From Acidimicrobiales bacterium (GTDB lineage: Bacteria > Actinomycetota > Actinomycetes > Mycobacteriales > QHCE01): 64,000 nt of DNA. Position numbers and translations under genes: made by a program. The DNA lies in NCBI GenBank assembly GCA_003243955.1, contig QHCE01000009.1, positions 5,225-69,224 of the forward strand. Direction: 5' to 3'. Positions 58,488 through 64,000 of the stretch are shown here, in pieces. Position 1 is the stretch's first letter. Each line of letters opens with the position of its first letter. Below the pieces are notes generated by a model, which saw only the letters and a program-made list of their open reading frames with translations, did not search any database and was not told where the DNA came from.

Positions 58488-60194
58488 TCAGCCCGGTTCG
58501 GTGATCCGGGGGGCATCGGGTCTTGGCTCAGCCACAACTTTGCGTGACCATGCCGCTAGGTGGGGAAACTTTGCCTCAAATGCGGGCCGCTCGGAGCGGA
58601 TGCGCGGCAACTTCACGAAGTTATGCCGGGGCGGCGGACACGAGGTTGCCCACTCCAAAGACGCCCCGTATCCCCACGGATCGTCAACGCTGACAACCTT
58701 CCCCAACCGATAGGACTTCCAGACATTCCACAGGAACGGGATAGTGGAAATACCCAGAATGAACGCACCAATCGTCGAGATCGTGTTCAGCGTGGTGAAA
58801 CCGTCGCTGGGTGAATAGTCCGGGTATCGGCGTGGCATGCCTTTATTACCCAGCCAGTGCTGCACCAGGAACGTGGTGTGGAAGCCAATGGAGGTGAGCC
58901 AGAAGTGAAACTTGCCGAGCCGGTCATCGAGCATGCGGCCGGTCATCTTCGGGAACCAGAAATAGATTCCGGAGTATGCGGCGAAGACGATCGTGCCAAA
59001 TAACACGTAGTGGAAATGCGCCACCACGAAATAGGAGTCTGATACGTGGTAGTCGATCGGCGGTGCGGCCAGCAACACACCCGACAAGCCACCGAACAGG
59101 AACGTCACTAGGAAACCGAGAGCAAACAGCATCGGCGTCTCAAATGTCAGCTGTCCCCGCCACATGGTTCCGATCCAGTTGAAGAACTTCACCCCAGTCG
59201 GAATGGCGATCAGATAACTCAGGAACGAGAAGAATGGCAAAAGCACCGCACCGGTAACAAACATGTGATGCGCCCACACCGTCATCGACAGCGCAGCTAT
59301 CACCAGCGTCGCGCCCACCAACCCGGTGTAGCCGAAGATAGGTTTGCGGCTGAAAACCGGAATAACCTCGGAGATGATGCCGAAGAACGGTAGCGCGACG
59401 ATGTACACCTCAGGGTGCCCAAAAAACCAGAACAGGTGCTGCCACAAAATTGCGCCACCGGTTTCGGCGTCGAAAATATGTGAACCCAGATGGCGGTCAG
59501 CTAACAGTGCGGCTAGGGCTGCGGCAAGGATCGGAAACACCAACAGCACCAACAAGCTGGTGATCAAAATGTTCCAGGTGAAGATCGGCATCCGCCACAT
59601 CGTCATCCCGGGAGCTCGCAGGGTGAGAATGGTGGTGATCATGTTCACCGCGCCCAAGATGGTACCCAGACCAGAGATCATCAGTCCGACGATCCACATG
59701 TCGGCGCCCACGCCTGGAGAATTGATCGCGTTGTTCAGTGGGGCGTAGGCGAACCAACCAAAGTCCGCGGCCCCGCCCGGAGTGGCGAACCCTAAAATGA
59801 CGATGCCACCGCCGAAGGCATAAAGCCAGTAGGCGAAAGCGTTCAGCCGCGGAAACGACACATCGGGAGCGCCGATCTGCAGCGGCACAATGTAGTTAGC
59901 AAACGCGAAAACCAGCGGGGTAGCAAATAGCAGCAGCATGATGGTGCCGTGCATAGTGAATAGCTGGTTGTACTGTTCGAAGCTCAGAAACTGCATACCC
60001 GGACGAGCCAGCTCAGTCCGCATCAGCAAAGCCATCACGCCACCGATGACGAAAAAGGCGAACGAGGTCACCAAATACATGATCCCGATGGTCTTGGCGT
60101 CGGTGGTCCGCAACATCTGCGACAGGAACGAGCCTCTAGCGGGCTGTCGCACCGGATAGGGGTGAACCTGAATAGGCGCTGGCGCAATGGTCAC
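58488..60194 (-). CDS. ctaD: Cytochrome c oxidase (aa3) subunit I
   Basis: It is a 568-aa polytopic protein with heme-copper oxidase signatures ([24 protein letters not shown]). Confidence 0.95.
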   Translation of the reverse strand: MTIAPAPIQVHPYPVRQPARGSFLSQMLRTTDAKTIGIMYLVTSFAFFVIGGVMALLMRTELARPGMQFLSFEQYNQLFTMHGTIMLLLFATPLVFAFANYIVPLQIGAPDVSFPRLNAFAYWLYAFGGGIVILGFATPGGAADFGWFAYAPLNNAINSPGVGADMWIVGLMISGLGTILGAVNMITTILTLRAPGMTMWRMPIFTWNILITSLLVLLVFPILAAALAALLADRHLGSHIFDAETGGAILWQHLFWFFGHPEVYIVALPFFGIISEVIPVFSRKPIFGYTGLVGATLVIAALSMTVWAHHMFVTGAVLLPFFSFLSYLIAIPTGVKFFNWIGTMWRGQLTFETPMLFALGFLVTFLFGGLSGVLLAAPPIDYHVSDSYFVVAHFHYVLFGTIVFAAYSGIYFWFPKMTGRMLDDRLGKFHFWLTSIGFHTTFLVQHWLGNKGMPRRYPDYSPSDGFTTLNTISTIGAFILGISTIPFLWNVWKSYRLGKVVSVDDPWGYGASLEWATSCPPPRHNFVKLPRIRSERPAFEAKFPHLAAWSRKVVAEPRPDAPRITEPG

Positions 60195-60467
60195 AGGTGG
60201 TGAGAATAGTCTTCGTTGGCGATCAGCTTGCGCTGGCCCTTGTGGTTAAGGCACGCCACCAACTCTGCCGCGCCTAACGACAGATAGGCTCGCGGGCGCG
60301 ATGATCAGTTGTGATGTTTTGAGCATGTCGGCTGTTAGCTCGACAGGCTTGGACTAACCTTTCCTATAGCAGCACACACCACTAAGCTCAGGCGAGATGA
60401 AACTGACCACCACATCGATGAGCCCTCACGGAATTTATCGTGCTACGGAGAATCTGAGCCTGCCCGT

Positions 60468-62030
60468 ATGAGTCGAACATCCAGCTCGCGTCGCAGTCTA
60501 CGCAAACCTGCCACGAAGAAAGCCACCGCTGCTACTACCGAGCAGACGGCGTCCGACACCGCAGAGCATGCGCAGGCGAACGAGCCAACTCCCGACGATA
60601 CGAGGGCGCAGACACCCACGGTGCCCACTTGGCCCGAAGCGATCGAGGCGATGAATCGGCTCGCTGTGCTACTAGAAGAACGCGGCGAGGTTGCCGACGC
60701 GGTGCTGTGGTACGCCAAGGCCGCGGTTGCCGGAGACTTAGCGGCCGCGTACAACTTGGGGTTGCTATACCGGGATTTGGGTGAGACCGAAGCAGCCGGC
60801 CAGTGGCTGTCGCATGCGGCAACCGCCGGTGACATCGACGCGGCATACGCTCTGGGTGCGCTGCTACTGCAGCAAGGCGATCGTAGCGCCGCCGAACGGT
60901 GGCTGACCGTGGCCATGTCGGCGGGTGATCCAGATGCCCTCAACGCGATGGGCGTGCTGCGCCGAGAACGCGACGACACCCCGGCGGCAGAAAATTGCTT
61001 CCGGCGTGCTGCTGAAATGGGCAGCTCCAGTGGCGCCTACAACCTGGCGATGCTGTTGCGGGAGAGCAGCCGGCCAGCCGACAACGCCCAAGCGCGCAGC
61101 TGGCTACTTACCGCAGCCGATGGCGGGGACCCCGACGCCGCCTACAGCGCCGCTATCTCTGCTCGATCCGGTGGCGATACGGAAGCGGCCGAAAAGTACT
61201 TCGGTATCGCCGCTGAAGCCGGAAGCCTCAAAGCGGCGCACACCTTGGGCCGGTTACGGCACGACCGCGGCGATCTGGGTGCCGCGGAGCGTTGGTACCG
61301 AGTTGCCGCCGAAGGTGGCCATGTCAATGCCATGAACAACCTGGGTGTCTTTTACGGTGACCTTGGAGATGCCCAGCAGGCCGAACATTGGTATCTGCGA
61401 GCAATTGAGGCTGGGCATCAGCCCGCTGTGTACAACTTGGGAGTGCTGTTAGAGCAGCAGAATAAACTGAGCCGCGCCGCGGAGTGGTATCAGCGCGCCG
61501 CCGAAACCGGAAACTCTGATTCCGCATACAACCTAGGGGTGCTACTTCGCGACAAGGGCCGAACTGGCGAGGCGGAGCCGTGGTTCCGGCAAGCCGCCAC
61601 AGTTGGCGACAACGATGCCGCGTACAACTTAGCGGTGCTACTCGCCGAACGGGAAGAGTACAGCGAAGCTCAGATCTGGTTTCAACAGGCGGCAATCGCC
61701 GGAGACGCCGAATCAGCTGAGCAACTTGCGGTGCTACTGGAACGCCAAGGGAATGCGGCACAGGCACAGGAGTGGCGAAACCGTGACATGTTGGGCGAAC
61801 AAGGCTCGGGGCCAGTGACATTGAGCACTCTCCTGAACGCCGAACCGTCAAGCGCGACAGCATGGATGCCTGAACCGGCAAAACCAGAGGTGTCGGAGCT
61901 CGAGGTGCCGCAGTCGGAGGCGTTGCAGTCGGAGGCAGCGCAACTCGAGGTGCCAGAACCGCAGGCATCTGAACCGGATCCATCTAAGCAGCAGCCCTCA
62001 GTAACCGAGCTCTCCAGCAGGACCGCCTAA
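60468..62030 (+). CDS. Sel1-like / TPR repeat protein with acidic Pro/Glu/Ser-rich tail
   Basis: It has at least 10 units of about 36 aa of the type AAYNLGxLLxxxGxxxEAxxWYxRAAxxG, and the C-terminus EVSELEVPQSEALQSEAAQLEVPEPQASEPDPS. Confidence 0.72.
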   Translation: MSRTSSSRRSLRKPATKKATAATTEQTASDTAEHAQANEPTPDDTRAQTPTVPTWPEAIEAMNRLAVLLEERGEVADAVLWYAKAAVAGDLAAAYNLGLLYRDLGETEAAGQWLSHAATAGDIDAAYALGALLLQQGDRSAAERWLTVAMSAGDPDALNAMGVLRRERDDTPAAENCFRRAAEMGSSSGAYNLAMLLRESSRPADNAQARSWLLTAADGGDPDAAYSAAISARSGGDTEAAEKYFGIAAEAGSLKAAHTLGRLRHDRGDLGAAERWYRVAAEGGHVNAMNNLGVFYGDLGDAQQAEHWYLRAIEAGHQPAVYNLGVLLEQQNKLSRAAEWYQRAAETGNSDSAYNLGVLLRDKGRTGEAEPWFRQAATVGDNDAAYNLAVLLAEREEYSEAQIWFQQAAIAGDAESAEQLAVLLERQGNAAQAQEWRNRDMLGEQGSGPVTLSTLLNAEPSSATAWMPEPAKPEVSELEVPQSEALQSEAAQLEVPEPQASEPDPSKQQPSVTELSSRTA

Positions 62031-62068
62031 GAGGTTGCCTAACTGATCAACGAGAGAGGACGAAGCAG

Positions 62069-62541
62069 TTGCACAAGATCACCCCCTGCTTGTGGTTTGA
62101 CACCCAAAGCGAAGAGGCAGCGAAGTTCTATACCACGATTTTTAAGAACTCCAGGATCACCGACATTGCCTACTACGGTGAAGCTGGGCCCGACCGCAAG
62201 GATCAGTCATGACAGTGACCTTTGAGTTGGACGGCCAGGAGTTCACCGCATTGAACGGCGGCCCGCAGTTCAGGTTCAACGAGGCCATATCGTTCCAGGT
62301 GAGTTGTGTGACGCAGCAAGAAGTCGACGGTCTCTGGGGCAAGCTTTCCGCGGATGGAGAAGAGGGCCCCTGCGGTTGGTTAAAGGATAGATACGGCGTG
62401 TCGTGGCAAATTGTTCCTACAGTCTTGCCGAAGTTGCTCAAGGATCCCGACTCGAAAAAATCACAAAGAGTCATGCGAGCCATGCTCGGCATGAGCAAAA
62501 TCGACATTACCGCCCTGGAACGCGCAGCTGAGCAGCCATAG
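62069..62541 (+). pseudogene. VOC/PhnB-like (3-demethylubiquinone methyltransferase-domain) gene split by a frameshift
   Basis: Frame A runs from TTG 62069 (RBS GAGAGAGGA): HKITPCLWFDTQSEEAAKFYTTIFKNSRITDIAYYGEAGP, ending at TGA 62210-62212. Homology continues in another frame as PQGSVMTVTFELDGQEFTALNGGPQF...CGWLKDRYGVSWQIVP (track ORF 62209..62541). Confidence 0.7.
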
Positions 62542-62635
62542 ATGTGGCCCACGCCGCCTAGCGAGAATACGACTCAGCCGTGCGAAGCCGATCCACTACA
62601 GTTTGACACCTCAGCCTGTCTATCCCGCCACCTGA

Positions 62636-63664
62636 CTACTGCACGGACAGATGCACGTGATTGGTGTGGGCAGCCGATGGATTACCACCACCAGAATACG
62701 AACGCCATCCGGTAGATGGCAGCCAAATCTGTCGATACCAGATAACATACAACACGCCAAGACGCTCATTATTGGAAATGAACCATCCCGCGAGCCGGTT
62801 ACCGTACTCCTTGTCGCCGCCAGAAGCGGCACCCTCAAAACCACCCGTAGCGGCCGCGAAGTCACACGCTCGGCCTTTGCCGTGTTCACCAGAGCGCTCC
62901 ACGCGGTAACATCTGGTATAGCGACTAAACCCCGCGGCACGTGCTTCATTAAAGGCATGCAAAGTGCGCGGAGTAAGACACCCATTCGTAGTGGGATCCT
63001 TCACCGCGCACGACTCTTGAGACCAGGTTCCGTCGGGGTTACGTGGAGCGGGATCAGCGCTCGCGGCGCCACCGTCATAACCGGCTGTGCTTGATCCGCC
63101 AAAACGCGCAAGAGCCTTCTCGGCATCGGCCTTACTTTGGGCCATCTCTTTCGCGTGTTGCTGCTGCTTACGAATCTCTTCCTTGAGCTGCTCGCGGCTG
63201 TCGGTCAGCAATCTTCGCTCGTACGCCGCATGCTTAATCTGCTGAGTGTCACGGTGGGAAAGATGATCTACGTACGACAGGCGCTGCAGAAGCTCGGTGA
63301 ATGTAGCGCTCTGCAACACAGAGGACAGTAATCTTAGCCCGTCTCCACCATCGATATATGCCGTGGCCGCGACGCGCTGTAGGTCCCGGCTACTTAAGGC
63401 TGCTTGTTCTTCTAACTTGGCGATGCGGCCATTAAGCTCTTGATCCTTCCGCTGTGACGCCTGAAGTTGCGCTTTAACTTCCACATAACCGCGCGAAGCA
63501 GTCTCCAGCGCCTTATTCAGCGCTGAACTACCACCCTCAGGATCGGCGGCAGCAGGGCGGCTCGGCGCCGAGGATACTGGCGGCACCGCCAACAACAGTG
63601 CGGCCACCACGGCGAAAGCGCAGCCCACCACAAGATGGATGCGAGAAATGCGGATTAAGCGCAC
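62636..63664 (-). CDS. Secreted coiled-coil protein with ARB-07466-like C-terminal domain (putative cell-wall-acting enzyme)
   Basis: It has a signal/TM segment, a coiled coil, and a C-terminus GEHGKGRACDFAA...LGVLYVIWYRQIWLPSTGWRSYSGGGNPSAAHTNHVHLSV. The domain name is from memory of similar actinobacterial proteins. Confidence 0.5.
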   Translation of the reverse strand: MRLIRISRIHLVVGCAFAVVAALLLAVPPVSSAPSRPAAADPEGGSSALNKALETASRGYVEVKAQLQASQRKDQELNGRIAKLEEQAALSSRDLQRVAATAYIDGGDGLRLLSSVLQSATFTELLQRLSYVDHLSHRDTQQIKHAAYERRLLTDSREQLKEEIRKQQQHAKEMAQSKADAEKALARFGGSSTAGYDGGAASADPAPRNPDGTWSQESCAVKDPTTNGCLTPRTLHAFNEARAAGFSRYTRCYRVERSGEHGKGRACDFAAATGGFEGAASGGDKEYGNRLAGWFISNNERLGVLYVIWYRQIWLPSTGWRSYSGGGNPSAAHTNHVHLSVQ

Positions 63665-64000
63665 GATCCAAAAGTCCTCATCCGGTCTTCACGCCTATGC
63701 AACGCCTTTAACGCGAGGCAACCACGTAGGCAGAACACAGCTAGCCTTGGTATCTAGAGGCAGTGAGAATACCGCTGTGCCCAGCGGCCGAGCCGGCGTA
63801 ACGGATGAAACACGGTAACAACTAGCACTCAAAAGCTAAATAAGTTGGCTATCAATTCGTGCCAAAACCGGAGATACCGACTTGTTTCGACCCGCTATGG
63901 TCGCTGCTGACTCATTGACCACCTACTAAGCACGGCGAAGGATATCTACCGTGACTGAAAGCGCCGCACAGCTACCGCCAAATACCATGTGGTTTCGCCG

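Noticed and set aside
60191-60259. 22-codon upstream ORF ([22 protein letters not shown]) overlapping the ctaD start as GTGA
   Set aside because: It has no convincing RBS, open frames of this length are common by chance in GC-rich DNA, and I recall no known small-protein family. It is worth a glance in Ribo-seq data but is not supported.
63951-64000. Possible start of a plus-strand gene at the window edge (GTG..., VTESAAQLPPNTMWFR)
   Set aside because: Only 16 codons are visible, with no motif and no clear RBS, so I cannot support a call.

Overview
This is a high-GC (roughly 60%) actinobacterial chromosome segment, and almost all of it is core housekeeping genes. From memory, several blocks match Mycobacterium tuberculosis-type gene order: rpmF/DUF177-rnc-mutM-smc; fadD15-like/pimB'-like/ripC-like; metF-like/idsA-like/mptA-like/Rv2175c-like/pknL-like with aroG nearby; hrcA-dnaJ-rsmE; clpS-DUF2017; and pncB-pncA. 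I saw no tRNA, rRNA, CRISPR array, transposase or integrase.

The small accessory inserts are:
- a lower-GC island carrying a DUF4143 AAA ATPase behind a 23-bp tandem repeat;
- a VapBC cassette wedged into the mptA/Rv2175c block;
- a BrnT/BrnA-like pair;
- a GAF-histidine kinase/LuxR two-component pair coupled to fadD;
- a frameshifted VOC (PhnB-like) gene.

The most unusual content is non-coding. The window holds a dense set of structured intergenic repeats that I cannot assign to any known RNA or IS family.
- Family 1 is about 160-175 nt, with three full copies and one core-only copy. It has long closing helices and hairpins that keep pairing through compensatory changes, and it carries an embedded SD+ATG.
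- Family 2 is about 100-112 nt, with four copies. Its G.U pairs indicate one preferred strand.
- A single 170-nt near-perfectly symmetric hairpin with 19-bp perfect ends lies upstream of pfkA.

All family and function calls rest on motif recognition by eye. No searches were run.
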